This document shows positions 31,344 through 42,889 of a DNA stretch of 64,000 nucleotides, piece by piece. Position 1 is the stretch's first letter; each line of letters starts with the position of its first letter. The position numbers were made by a program, and so were the translations under genes. Source of the DNA: Bdellovibrionales bacterium (lineage in GTDB: Bacteria; Bdellovibrionota; Bdellovibrionia; Bdellovibrionales; UBA1609); the NCBI GenBank assembly GCA_965261545.1, contig CBDHDF010000002.1, positions 32,001 through 96,000 of the forward strand. Reading direction: 5' to 3'. The notes beneath the pieces were generated by a model that saw only the letters and a list, made by a program, of their open reading frames with translations, was not told the DNA's origin and did not search any database.

Positions 31344-31808
31344 TTAATTGTGTAACGAAATAACTGTGGACTTTTGGGAACAACAGAATTTAAATTTCTT
31401 TCCACTTCCGCATGGACAGGATTGATTTCTTCCAATTTTTTCGCTTTGGTCATTTTTCTGCTGTGATGCAGACATATCTTCAGTTACAATTTTTTTTTGC
31501 TTTTCATCTTCCAAATCCTCATCCAAATTATCAAAAAGAATATCTCCTAGATTCTGGTGAAAGTAACGATTTTTAAATTGAGATATGAGCATCATAAAAA
31601 TACATGTAAGAACCAAAAGTGTGAGTGAAGCAAAAAACAAAGAAGATGCTTGCATCTGAGTTAATGGGAGGATGAGTGTCAGTAAATAACCAAATCCAAA
31701 TACCAATAAGGAAATAAGAAGAGATATAAAGGATCCCAAAGAAAGTAATATTAAAAGTCCAAAAATCATTGCTATTTTTTGCTCCTGTCGAATACAATGA
31801 ATCCGCAT
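31344..31808 (-). CDS. Membrane protein with C-terminal SEC-C motif (IS4 passenger)
   Basis: Two hydrophobic segments, then KIGRNQSCPCGSGKKFKFCC; true start may be ATG 31769. Confidence 0.8.
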   Translation of the reverse strand: MRIHCIRQEQKIAMIFGLLILLSLGSFISLLISLLVFGFGYLLTLILPLTQMQASSLFFASLTLLVLTCIFMMLISQFKNRYFHQNLGDILFDNLDEDLEDEKQKKIVTEDMSASQQKNDQSEKIGRNQSCPCGSGKKFKFCCSQKSTVISLHN

Positions 31809-31913
31809 AGATACAAGTGAGTTATCTACAGACTTAATGATTCTCGCGTTAGTATCTTAATAGGTCAAGATTAATTGGAGGAAATTTTTATTTTTTAAAC
31901 GCAGGGGGCAAAT

Positions 31914-33158
31914 ATGAGCACGGAAGCTCAAACACTTAAAACGATCAAAAAATGTTTCAAGAAAGTTATTCCTGAAAAGGACTCTCGGGCAACCATTCCA
32001 CCTCTTGAGTTTATTGTGGCTCTTGTCTTGTCATTCCAGGGAGACTCTAAGACATATTCAATAGAGGGAATTAGGAGGTTTATGATAAGTCATTTAGGAT
32101 TAAGAATTGAAAGACACAGCTTCTGGGAAAGACTCTCTAGAAAAAGATTAAAAGAGCTTCTGAGTAAACTGGTTGAAATGCTCATGATAAAGCTATCTCA
32201 TGGAGCTTTTCATGGGAGCAAAGCCATATTATTACAACTGGGAGTCTCAGACGTTCTTCTTGTTGACTCAAGCACAATAAGCCTTTGGGATGGAGCATCT
32301 GAGAATTTTCCAGGGACAAGAACAAACGCAGGAATTAAATGGCACGCTTGTTTCAGTTTATTCAGTGGTATAATGACTTGGTTCGAATTAACTCCGTCTT
32401 CCACTAACGATAGGAAGTGCTTTCCTGATATAAAGGAACTCGTTGGAAAATTAGTCATCTTTGATTTGGGATATTGGGACTATGGCTTATTGTCATCTAT
32501 TCATGAAGCTAAAGGATTTTTCTTGTCTAGAGTGAAGTCAAATGCCTCTATTCTTATTGATGCTGTTGTTGAAGGTTTGCCAGATTACTATGTTGGAAAA
32601 GAGTTCTCTGATATTAAACTCAAGAAAAAAAACGATGTTGTTGAATTTATAGGCAGTGTCTTGTCCAATGGTAAATGGGTAAGTTTGAGAATTGTAGGCT
32701 TCTGGAATTCCTCCGAAAAACGCTATCATTGGTATTGCACGAATTTAGATGTGGCAGCGGAGTCCATATATCCAATTTATCGTTTACGTTGGCAATGTGA
32801 ACTTATTTTCAAATCTTGTAAGAATTCTTTGAATGCAAATCAGATCACCTCAAACGATCAAAATATCATAGAGAGTCTTCTTCTTGCTTCATTAGCGGCT
32901 CACCTCACATCAAGTGTTGTTTTGAGGATAGGAAGAACTAAACTCAATAAGGAACAAAATGACTCCACATCGTTTCAAAGAGTTGCTAAGGTTACCGTCT
33001 TATTAGCCTCTGATTTTATCAAATATCTCCTAAGCTCATCTCAAAAGTATTTAAATATTTTGATAGAGAAGATCAAGATATTCTCCCATGAAATTTATGA
33101 CACAAACTACCGACGGCGAAAAACATCAATGAATATGGCTAAAAAGGTCTTGCTATGA
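31914..33158 (+). CDS. IS4-family transposase
   Basis: VDSSTI, FDLGY, YRLRWQCELIFKSCK (YREK-type signature). Confidence 0.93.
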   Translation: MSTEAQTLKTIKKCFKKVIPEKDSRATIPPLEFIVALVLSFQGDSKTYSIEGIRRFMISHLGLRIERHSFWERLSRKRLKELLSKLVEMLMIKLSHGAFHGSKAILLQLGVSDVLLVDSSTISLWDGASENFPGTRTNAGIKWHACFSLFSGIMTWFELTPSSTNDRKCFPDIKELVGKLVIFDLGYWDYGLLSSIHEAKGFFLSRVKSNASILIDAVVEGLPDYYVGKEFSDIKLKKKNDVVEFIGSVLSNGKWVSLRIVGFWNSSEKRYHWYCTNLDVAAESIYPIYRLRWQCELIFKSCKNSLNANQITSNDQNIIESLLLASLAAHLTSSVVLRIGRTKLNKEQNDSTSFQRVAKVTVLLASDFIKYLLSSSQKYLNILIEKIKIFSHEIYDTNYRRRKTSMNMAKKVLL

Positions 33159-33531
33159 AAGAATAAAAAACCACGAACACCTATGAGGAGGTGTTAAAAA
33201 ATAAATTGAACAATTCTAAGTTTTAAGTCGAAGATAAAAGATTTGAACTGTCCAATTTATTTTTTAACAAGCCCTTAGCACCAATTAAAGGGACCATTCG
33301 TAAAAATATTTAAAAAAACTGTCAAAAATCCTAAAGTTTTTCCCAGACGTTCCGATAGTTATTGTAAAGGGAGTAAACAAATGGTATATTTCATTATGGC
33401 CGTGAGGATTATTTGCTGAACGATCAAAGACTATTACCCCCCCTCCATTTGTTGATAATAACTCTAAGTTATATCTCAAAAATAACTATATACCGTGAAA
33501 AACCAGGGAAGATTTTATTATAAAAAAACTT

Positions 33532-35697
33532 ATGTCATATTCTTTGAGTTATCTAGATTGGAATAATAAAATTGCAGATCATTTTTTCAATATGGAAAAT
33601 TATGGAAAGCGTATTTGGTTTTCTGTTGAAAAAGAGCTAATTATAGAGAAAATTGCTCAACCTAATGGGACATGTTTTGATAGTTTTATAGAATCCCTTA
33701 ACAAAGGACCTGACTGGATTAACCGTCCTCGTCAGGGAATATGCACAAAAGCCTATCATGCTTTTGAAGGATGGAGAGACCAACAACAATTGGTTTACCC
33801 TCCTTATATTGCTTATCTCGCTCTTTTTATCATTGCGGGTAATGAAGAGGACTTTTCAGAAAACAGCTATTATAAAAGGCTTAGAGAATTGCTGAATGAA
33901 CAGACAAATGGTAATCAAAATTATCCCTCATTCAATAAAATGTATGAGTTATGGGATGATCTTGAAAAATGGTCTTTACAGGATAAAAAAGGTGAGTGGG
34001 GGGAATTTTATACGGATATCTGTGGCAGTCACTTCCATGTTGGTATTATCTATTATCAAGTTGTTTTTACGAAAAGGGATGAAAAAAATTTACTCCAAAT
34101 ATTTTCAAAAAAAGGATGGGATAGTGATTCCGATCCAACGGATTTAGAAATTATTAATACCCTTAAAAACTATCACGCACTTCTGGAAAAAAAAACCCAA
34201 AGACGAATCAACAATAATAATTCTGATTATATTTCAATATTGTGCCAAAGAGTCAGGGAAAAATTGAAATTTTATGAATATGAAGACAGCTTTGATAACA
34301 ACCTGAAACAAGAGGAAAGCACAAAATATGGAACCATTATCCTATGTCTTGAAGTGGATAAAACGGCAGGTACAGCAAAACCTTTTTTTAGATTGAAAAG
34401 CAAAGGCAAAGAAGGTCTTTCTGAAGAGGAATTCCTGTTAAAAAGTGAAAAATCCGAAAACAGGCAACATGAATATCGGGTTAAACCTTTCAGGTCCACT
34501 ATAAGTGGAAAAATTGAGAATATGAACATTGAATGGAAAAAAGATTTCTCTCTAACGAGTCTGAACCAGGAGGAATTGGAGCCTGATAAAGTGGAAAAAT
34601 GGATATTCCACTACGAAGGGGAAAAATACAAATTATTCATACCAGGAGATGAGGAGTTTGGAGTTCGTGGTTCTATTTCCATTCCTGGAAAAAGAGTTGA
34701 TACCAACAGGCCCTTTTATATGGCTGCTCACAAAGATCTGAAAGATAAAATACAAAAATGGGGAGATAAAAGCTGTGAAGTTTTCAAAAGACTGTCCATA
34801 AATGACCTTCCTGAAGGCTGGTTTCTGTTTGAAGTCAGTGGTGTAAAAGACTGTACGTCTATTAAAACAGATATACCGGCCCTGTCCACAGATGAAAAAC
34901 CAAGGATTAAACTTGAGGGAGGAATTCGCCTTTCAAGAAGAAACCATTTTTTTTATTTTTCTCCTCCAAAAATTTCCATTGTTGGAGAGAGTCAAAGTTT
35001 TTCAGAAATGACCTGTTTAGTAAAAAACGGGAGTTGTACAGAAGGAAACCAAACAAAGTTTCCATTGATTCCATTAAAAAATAAAAACAATCTGTTTTCT
35101 CTTCCTGAAAATATTCCCGTTGAAAAACAAATGACAATAAATATCCCTGGTATGGATAACAATAGAGGAGTCTCTTCTAAATTTACCTGCTGTGAAAATC
35201 AGTTACAAACTTTTGACTGCTATATACAAAAACCTGTGAACTCTTTTGGAATTTTTAAAAGTAAAGATCAAGAGACTTTAACAGATTCAGAAAACAGGAC
35301 AGACTCAATCATGGAAGCCTCTCTCCAAGGGACTTTTGGAGTAGATCTGATAAAAATCATTTATCCAAAACTCCCTGATTTTTCAGTAAAATCGGGAGAA
35401 AATGCTTACCTTTTGGGAGACATTCCAGGCCAGATTCTTTCCTGGCCTGATGAACCCCTTCCCGAATGGACTCCCTTGTGGGGGGTTCAGTTCAAAAACA
35501 GAAAAAAGGGGAATGTCTCCCTTTTGGCCTGTGGAGATATAAATTCATTAGAGATTAGCCAACCACCTTATTATTCTAAGGAAAAAAAGAAGCTGTGGAA
35601 AAACATTGTATGGTATAAAAGAAAACAACTGACCTGCAATAGAACGTCAGCACAAAAATGGAAAAAATTCACTCAGAAAGCAAAGGAGAGTGCGTGA
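33532..35697 (+). CDS. Druantia-like accessory protein (721 aa)
   Basis: Long ORF coupled to the next two genes; called from operon context with a DruE-like helicase, not from a recognised domain. Confidence 0.5.
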   Translation: MSYSLSYLDWNNKIADHFFNMENYGKRIWFSVEKELIIEKIAQPNGTCFDSFIESLNKGPDWINRPRQGICTKAYHAFEGWRDQQQLVYPPYIAYLALFIIAGNEEDFSENSYYKRLRELLNEQTNGNQNYPSFNKMYELWDDLEKWSLQDKKGEWGEFYTDICGSHFHVGIIYYQVVFTKRDEKNLLQIFSKKGWDSDSDPTDLEIINTLKNYHALLEKKTQRRINNNNSDYISILCQRVREKLKFYEYEDSFDNNLKQEESTKYGTIILCLEVDKTAGTAKPFFRLKSKGKEGLSEEEFLLKSEKSENRQHEYRVKPFRSTISGKIENMNIEWKKDFSLTSLNQEELEPDKVEKWIFHYEGEKYKLFIPGDEEFGVRGSISIPGKRVDTNRPFYMAAHKDLKDKIQKWGDKSCEVFKRLSINDLPEGWFLFEVSGVKDCTSIKTDIPALSTDEKPRIKLEGGIRLSRRNHFFYFSPPKISIVGESQSFSEMTCLVKNGSCTEGNQTKFPLIPLKNKNNLFSLPENIPVEKQMTINIPGMDNNRGVSSKFTCCENQLQTFDCYIQKPVNSFGIFKSKDQETLTDSENRTDSIMEASLQGTFGVDLIKIIYPKLPDFSVKSGENAYLLGDIPGQILSWPDEPLPEWTPLWGVQFKNRKKGNVSLLACGDINSLEISQPPYYSKEKKKLWKNIVWYKRKQLTCNRTSAQKWKKFTQKAKESA

Positions 35698-36764
35698 TAA
35701 ATCAGCCCGGAGATAATTTGCTTTATTTATTATCTGAAAAGGGAACTATGACATGGTCTCAGTGTCATAAATACATGGATGATCTATGGCAAAACAGGGA
35801 ACAAAATAAGGCTAAAGATGATTTTCATTGGGGAAAAGAACAAAAAAACGACTGGTATTCCATGATAAGAAAACTGAGTTCTCTTGGTTACCTGGATATT
35901 GGAGAATACGAGAAGAAAACAATAGTTCAGGTGGCACCACCCATGTTGGTGGCTCTTCCATTTATAAAGCCCTCTTTTTTTCTCACAGGAGCCCGTTCCC
36001 CCCAATTGCTCAGAGAGATTGATGAAATTTGCGACTATCATCCTGAAATAGAATTAGAAAAAAGACACATTGACGATGATTTTCCTGAAAGCTGGGTGAT
36101 AAAAACCTGTAACATGGAAGAAATGGAAAAGAAATTTCAAAATCTAATCCAGGACAAAAAGTTAGGAATACAAAAACAGCCCGTTTCTTGGCAGATCATA
36201 GAGTTTTCGGCAAATATTGAAGAATACAAAAAATCTCTGCAAGGTCATTGGTTTAGTGCAGATCCATCCGATATGAGGGAAGTTTTTAATGTCAACTGTC
36301 TTTATTTTACCAAAGTGAATTCAGATTCGTCTGAGATTACAGATAGGAATCAGAAGTTTTTAATCAAACTAACCCATTATTACGAAAAATACTATTTGTA
36401 CTCTCTGAAAAAGAACGAAAAAGTAAATGTTCATCTGGATTGGGGAAGATTTTTAATGGTTCAAAAATCAAAAATCCCTGTTGTAAGATTCACTAAAGAC
36501 ATGGAGTTAAAATCCTCTTTGCGTCTGCCCCCTCTTCTCGAAAGGGGACTAGCCCTACTCTCGGGAATTCCTGTTAATGAAATTCCAGTCAACAAAATGA
36601 CCTTGGGAGGTTCTCAAAGCTCTCATAATGGCTCTTATAATAACAAATCAACCAACACCACAGGTTCTGGAAGGCACAAGGAATTTGTGTTTAAAAAGGT
36701 ACCTTGGGATGTTGCCAAACAAGTCTCCAATAAGTTGGGACAACAACTCCAAAAGGTGGCTTGA
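35694..36764 (+). CDS. Druantia-like accessory protein (~356 aa)
   Basis: GTG start overlapping the upstream TGA with AAGGAG RBS; directly precedes the helicase. Confidence 0.5.
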   Translation: MINQPGDNLLYLLSEKGTMTWSQCHKYMDDLWQNREQNKAKDDFHWGKEQKNDWYSMIRKLSSLGYLDIGEYEKKTIVQVAPPMLVALPFIKPSFFLTGARSPQLLREIDEICDYHPEIELEKRHIDDDFPESWVIKTCNMEEMEKKFQNLIQDKKLGIQKQPVSWQIIEFSANIEEYKKSLQGHWFSADPSDMREVFNVNCLYFTKVNSDSSEITDRNQKFLIKLTHYYEKYYLYSLKKNEKVNVHLDWGRFLMVQKSKIPVVRFTKDMELKSSLRLPPLLERGLALLSGIPVNEIPVNKMTLGGSQSSHNGSYNNKSTNTTGSGRHKEFVFKKVPWDVAKQVSNKLGQQLQKVA

Positions 36765-39700
36765 AAATGCGTGACCCCATAGGAACTTTTGAAGAAATAA
36801 AAAAAGGTTTTGAACTTTATGTGAAGACTCGATTTGCCACACAGTTTCCTTCAATAGAAAGAAAAAGAGAAGAAATTTTCAAAAAAGAAGGAGTCTTTTA
36901 CCGAGAACCTTGGGTAGAGGTAATCGAAAAATACAAAAGCTCGGAAAAAAAGATCTCTGATTTAAATGAAAATGATTTAAAAGGTCTTTCCAAGATTCAA
37001 ATTAAAGATTTTCAAGATTTTGTTCAGGCCGGTCTTATGGGTGATTTCCCCCTCTATCAACACCAGCATAAAATGCTTACAAAAAGTCTTGAAGGAACAA
37101 ATACGGTCATTACTTCGGGAACGGGTTCGGGGAAAACAGAAGCCTTTTTACTTCCCCTCTTTGCCTCCCTGATAAAGGAATCTTCACAGTGGGAGAAACC
37201 GGGTAGTCTCCCGGATCACCTCAATAACTGGTGGAAAGATGAGGATTGGAAGAATTCCCATAAAAAAGAGAACAATAATGGTTTGAAAACTTCTTATCGT
37301 GTACCCCAAAGAAAACATGAAAAACGCCCTTGTGCTGTCAGAGCTTTGATTCTCTACCCAATGAACGCTCTGGTAGAGGATCAATTATCTCGCCTTAGAA
37401 AGGGACTGGCATCTAAAAAAGCTGAAAAATGGTTTTCTGAAAACCGCCATTCCAACCGCTTTTATTTTGGCCGTTATACAGGGATGACCCCTGTTCCTGG
37501 CTCTGAAAACAAAATAAGAAGTGTCGATAAAAACAAATTGGAAGATCTTTCCAAAAAACTACAAGACACGGACTCACTTCAAGAAAAAATACGACAACAC
37601 AAGAAAGGAGAGGACTCACAATATTTTTTCCCCACTATTGACAGGGCGGAAATGAGAAGTCGTTGGGATATGCAGGATGATCCACCTGATATTCTTATTA
37701 CAAATTACAGTATGCTCAGTATTATGATGATGAGAGAAATTGACAACCCCATTTTAGAAAAAACCAAGAAATGGCTTTCACAAAACAAGGATCATATCTT
37801 TCATCTGGTTGTGGATGAACTACATTTATACAGAGGAACCTCCGGGGCTGAAGTGGCCTACCTCATAAGACTTCTTCTTTACAGGTTGGGATTATCCCCT
37901 GACAGTTCACAGCTAAGAATCATGGCGTCCAGTGCCTCTTTGAATCCAGAGAAAGAGGAAAGTTTAAATTTTCTAAAGGATTTTTTTGGAGTCAAGTGGA
38001 GTTCCGATCAAATCATCCAAGGGGATTTTGAAAGGGAGGATAGGAATGTTGTTACTCTTCAGAAGGTAGATAAAACAGAAAATCGTTTAAATCCTCTGTA
38101 TGTGCAAAATAGGGATACCTCTCACCTTGGTTCTGTTTTTCTGGAGGAATTTAAAAGCTATCTCGAAACAACACAGAAACCCCTTGAAAACTCGAATATT
38201 TTGGATATCAATGATTCCAGCGAGATGGAGAATCAATCAGACAATGATTTTATCAATCGTCTTTTGAAAAAAACAGAAATAGAAAACAAAGAAAAACTTT
38301 TTTCTCACATTGAATCCCATATTTTAAAAGCATACGAACACAACCAGTCAGAGAACAAACGAAACGCTCTTCCTCTGTCCGAACTTTCAGATAAGATTTT
38401 TAATGAAAATAATAACATAAATCCTTCGTCAGGTGAGAGAAAGGAGAAGAGCCGTGCAACGACTGCTTTAAGGGGTTTGTTTTGTTTTTTGCACAAGCAT
38501 CGCAAAGAATTTAAAGGCTTGCCATCCTTTCGTTTTCATTTGTTTTTCCGCAATATTGATGGTCTTTGGGCCTGTGCTGATCCTAAATGTTCCAATCATC
38601 AATTCAAACAACAGGATAAAATTAAATTTTCTAACAATGACAAAAAGGGAGATTCCAAAAGAAATCAAAGAAACGATCCCACAGGCCAATTATTCATGTG
38701 TGACCCTCCCTTAACCTGCGACAAACAACACCGAGTCTTTGAAAATCTTTACTGTGAGCAATGCGGGACGCTTTTTTTTGGAGGAATTCGTTGGGAAAAA
38801 GATCCAGGAGAACCTGAACTTTTACAGGTTTCGGACAACATTGAAAAAATACCTGATGAACACATCACCCCTTTTATTGAAAAAAGAAGTTATAAAGAAT
38901 ACGCCTTGTTTTGGCCCTTTGATGAAATCAATAGTGAAGTAAAAAAAGATTGGACCCAACCCCTGATTGGAGAGATAAATATCAATTCAGGTACAAAAGA
39001 CAAATCTAAAAACAAGTCAAAAGCCTCTTGGAAAAAAGCCACTCTAAACAAAAAAACAGGAAAAATAAGACTTGAATGGGAAGATGAAAATAACAGTGTA
39101 AAGGGTTATTTGTTTTCAATATCAAAAGACCAAAAACAGTCAATGGCCCTTGCCTCCATCTGTCCTTCCTGTGCCGAAGATTACAAACAAAAAAAAATGA
39201 AAAGCCCTATCAGGGGATTTAGAACGGGGTTTTCAAAAATCATACAGATTCTTTCAAAGGAGTTGTTTTATCATCTGGATAAAAAAAAACTTATTGTTTT
39301 CTCCGACAGCAGGGAGGAGGCCGCAAGAATAGCCAACGGGGTGGAAAGAAGCCACTACCAGGATTTAATCAGGGAAATTATCCATAATGAATTACAACTT
39401 ACGGTTCGTGGACTTCCCGCTATTTTATTAGATATAGATAATCATGGGGCTCTTAAAAGTAACGAGGCCAAAAAATATGAAGATAAACATCCGGGAAGTT
39501 TTAAAAGATTGAAAGATAAAAGAAAAACTATTGATAGTCTTAAGAAAATCGAGGATCCATCGGAAGAATTGAAAGAAAAAAAAGAAATATATGACAAATA
39601 TTTGAAGGATATTAAAAGAATGGAGCAAACAGATATTGTTCCCCTCCGGATATTATTTGAGGATGATACGGATGAATCTTTAATTCTCAGGTTGAAAAAT

Positions 39701-41676
39701 ATGGGAGTCAACCCTGCCGGAAACTCCAAAGACAGAATCTGGGATAATGAAGACAGTGAAGGGAAATCATGGACTGATTTGTTTGATTTTTCCTCAAAAG
39801 AAGAAATATGGAAGGAAAGAAAAAATACCACCACCACCCTCGACGAGAAAAAAGGGGCTTTTAGAAGAAAAATCAAGGAAAAAGTATTTCATCTTCTGTT
39901 TCAAAGGCTTTATTTCAGTTTTGAATCCTCCGGTCTGGGTTTTGTCTGTGTCAATCTGGACGATCAAAGAATAGAAAGAGAGATAAAATCTATTAATCTC
40001 ATTCAGACTTCAGGGATGAAAACTGACGGAGATTCAGACACATCGTCAGTTTCTGAAACCTCCTCCTCGGTACATATCATCAAGGAGATTTGTAATGGTT
40101 TTATAAGAATTCTTGGAGACACCTGGCGACGTGAAACTGAGAAAAAAGAAGAGGCAGGATCCATAGATCAAATAAAATCTAAAAAAGCAAGAACATATAT
40201 CGAAAAATGTGCTGAAATTCACAGTCTTGATAAAGGAAAACTGAAACAATTGATTTTCAAATTAGTCACAAATGAAGAATTTGGAGGGCACAGAAAAGCC
40301 ATTCTTGAATCCAAAAATCTTTTTGTCAAATTATCGAAATCAAAAGATCTTTTTTGGGAATGCTACAACTGCTCAAGGCCCCATCTGCACAAAAACGGAC
40401 GAGTGTGTAGCTATTGCTTTTCTGAATTACCCGATGAAACTTCAAAAAAATGTCGAGATTTGTGGAATAACAATTACTACTCCCAACTCTCCGATAGAGA
40501 AAGAGAACCTTTCCGTCTTCACTGTGAAGAATTATCAGCCCAAAGTGATGATCCTGCTGAAAGACAGAGACATTTCCGCAGTTTGGTCATTGGTAAAAAA
40601 ATTGGAATAGTGGAAGAAATTGATATCCTCAGTGTGACAACGACAATGGAAGTGGGGGTGGATATTGGTTCCCTGGAATCGGTGTTCCTGGCCAATATGC
40701 CACCTCAGAGATTCAACTACCAACAGAGAGTGGGACGGGCCGGAAGAGGGAAAGATGAAGTCTTTTCTCTGGCTATGACTTTATGCAGAGGGAACAGTTT
40801 TGATAATTTTTACTTCGAATCTCCCGATAAAATGCTCAATGAAGCCCCGCCTGTTCCTTTCTTGTCCATTGACCGAAAAAAGATTGCAGAACGTCTTGTC
40901 ATAAAAGAGTTGTTGAGAAGGGTTTTTAGAGAATCCAAAAAAAAATCAGGTCATACGGATACTCATGGTGAATTCGGAATTGTGGAAGATTGGGAAAAAA
41001 ATAAAGAAAAAATAAAAAATGAACTGAACGATTTTAATAAAGAAAAACTGAGTGAGATTATCAGACAGATAACATTTGGTGTTGACGGGATGGATCACAA
41101 TAAAATCAAGGAGTTCATTCAAAAAGAACTTTTTAAAAAAATCGTTCATGCCACCGAAGACCAGGCGAAAAACACAGGACTGGCTGAAGCCTTGGCTGAA
41201 AAAAATCTTTTACCCATGTTTGGAATGCCCTCCCGTGTTCGCTATCTTTATCACGGGAAAAAAGGAATTGAGTATAAAAGCATTGATAGGGATTTGGATT
41301 TAGCCATTACTGAATTCGCACCTGGAGCCCAAAAAACAAAAGATAAGAGGATCCACACGGCCATAGGATTCACCTCCCCTTTGTATTCCAAGGGTGGTGA
41401 AACTAAAACGGAATATCCCATTCAGGAAAGGAAATGGCTGTTTCGATGTGAAAAATGCCAGTTCACTCAACCACATGATAAAGAACCTTCTTCAAAATGT
41501 CCCAAGTGTCCAAGTGATAATAATCAAAATTCTTTTGAATATATCATTCCCAAAGCTTTCAGAACCGATTTTTCATGGGGAAAAGATGCCGATGAAGTGG
41601 ATCAACCTCCCTTTTACGGATCAGGGAGCTTTATTGAAGCTGAGTTTGATCACCAAGAACAGGAAAATTATCAATA
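36761..41676 (+). pseudogene. druE: DruE-like DEAH helicase, 5' part, interrupted by IS21
   Basis: TSGTGSGKTE, YPMNAL, DELH, SAS, TTTMEVGVDIG, QRVGRAGR and several CxxC pairs; C-terminal part resumes at 44928. Confidence 0.75.
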
Positions 41677-42106
41677 TGTTAGGCGCCAATTAAAATTGGC
41701 CATTTTTAGAAGCCGTCGCCAATGAAAAACGGCCAGTTGATGATGTACTGATTTAGTTATTCTTCGTTCAGAGTTTAGTCAAGTGTCTTTATTTTGCTCA
41801 TCATTTAACTCGGACTATGCCACAAGATTCTGAGGAATGATTTTCTGCCCACCACTTTTGGCATGACCCCAAATGCATCCTTCAGCCCTATGGCAGAGGT
41901 AAATGGAGTATTTTTCAGGATTCCTTGGCGCAGCTAATGTCTAAAGCTCCGCGAGAGTGACGAGCAAATAGTACGGTAAAAGCCAGTTATCCATAAATTT
42001 ATCCATGGCGACACTGCGGCTGTGACCCCGATGTCTAGCAACGCAGTGCTGCTGTGGATAAATTTTGTGGATAACTGGCGAGTTCCTTCCCCAAAAGTGG
42101 GGATCT

Positions 42107-42889
42107 CTAATGAACTTCTTTGGTTGAACTTTCCTCTTTGCTCTGTTTAGACTTGGCTTTTGCCGATTCGGTTCTCCAACTTTCTTTTCCTTCAATGTTG
42201 AGGGTTTCACAGTTGTGAATGATTCGATCAACAGCAGCAGCGGTGGTAATAGGGTTAAGAAACACCTTATCCCATTCAGAGTATGTTAAGTTTGTAGTGA
42301 TCATGAGACTTTTCCTTTCATATCGCTGAGATATGAATTGAAAGAAAAGATCTGCCCCCTCTGTGCAGGAAGCTGTATAGCCAAGTTCATCACAAGCAAT
42401 AAGATCAAAACGGTCTAATTTCTTAAAAAGAGCATTCAATGAGAGTTCTTTCTTGCTTTCACGCATTGTTTCAATAAGTTCATGAGTGGTGACCCATAAA
42501 CATCGATAGCCTTGTTCACAGAGTGAACGAACTAGGGACATGGCCAAATGACTTTTCCCCATTCCAAAGCTTCCGTAAAACACAACATTACAGGCTTTTC
42601 TGACCCACTCTCCCTCTGCCATCCAATTAATTTGCTGAGCTGTCACTCCCGTTCTTTTCTGGAAGTTATAAGTTTGGAGTGATTTAAGTTGAGGAAGCTT
42701 GGCCCCCTTAAGCAATCTTTTCACTCTCTGGGAATGCTTGTCAGCAAGCTCATTTTGAACGAGTATACCTAAATACTGTTCATACGTCTTTTTTGTTTTT
42801 TCGGCAACTCTAGCCGTTGCAACATATTCATCCGCCATCGCTGGAAGTCGGAGTTTTTTAAGAGAACCTATAAGTTCTTCGTGATTCAT
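42107..42889 (-). CDS. istB: IS21 helper ATPase IstB
   Basis: Same protein sequence as 14427-15209. Confidence 0.95.
   Translation of the reverse strand: MNHEELIGSLKKLRLPAMADEYVATARVAEKTKKTYEQYLGILVQNELADKHSQRVKRLLKGAKLPQLKSLQTYNFQKRTGVTAQQINWMAEGEWVRKACNVVFYGSFGMGKSHLAMSLVRSLCEQGYRCLWVTTHELIETMRESKKELSLNALFKKLDRFDLIACDELGYTASCTEGADLFFQFISQRYERKSLMITTNLTYSEWDKVFLNPITTAAAVDRIIHNCETLNIEGKESWRTESAKAKSKQSKEESSTKEVH

Larger units (their letters stand above)
31057..33185 (+). mobile_element. IS4-family element with a passenger gene
   Basis: 21-bp perfect TIR CATAGGTGTTCGTGGTTTTTT; 10-bp TSD AGGAGGTGTT at 31047-31056 and 33186-33195. Confidence 0.93.
30892..33296. mobile_element. Putative ~270-bp MITE (TIR TGGTCCCTTTAATTGG) split by the IS4 element
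   Basis: tggtccctttaattggggct at 30892 and its inverse agcaccaattaaagggacca ending at 33296; no TSD identified. Confidence 0.55.

Noticed and set aside
33896..41693. Many 60-144 aa alternative-frame and antisense ORFs within the Druantia-like genes
   Set aside because: Shadow ORFs of long AT-rich coding sequences with no motifs
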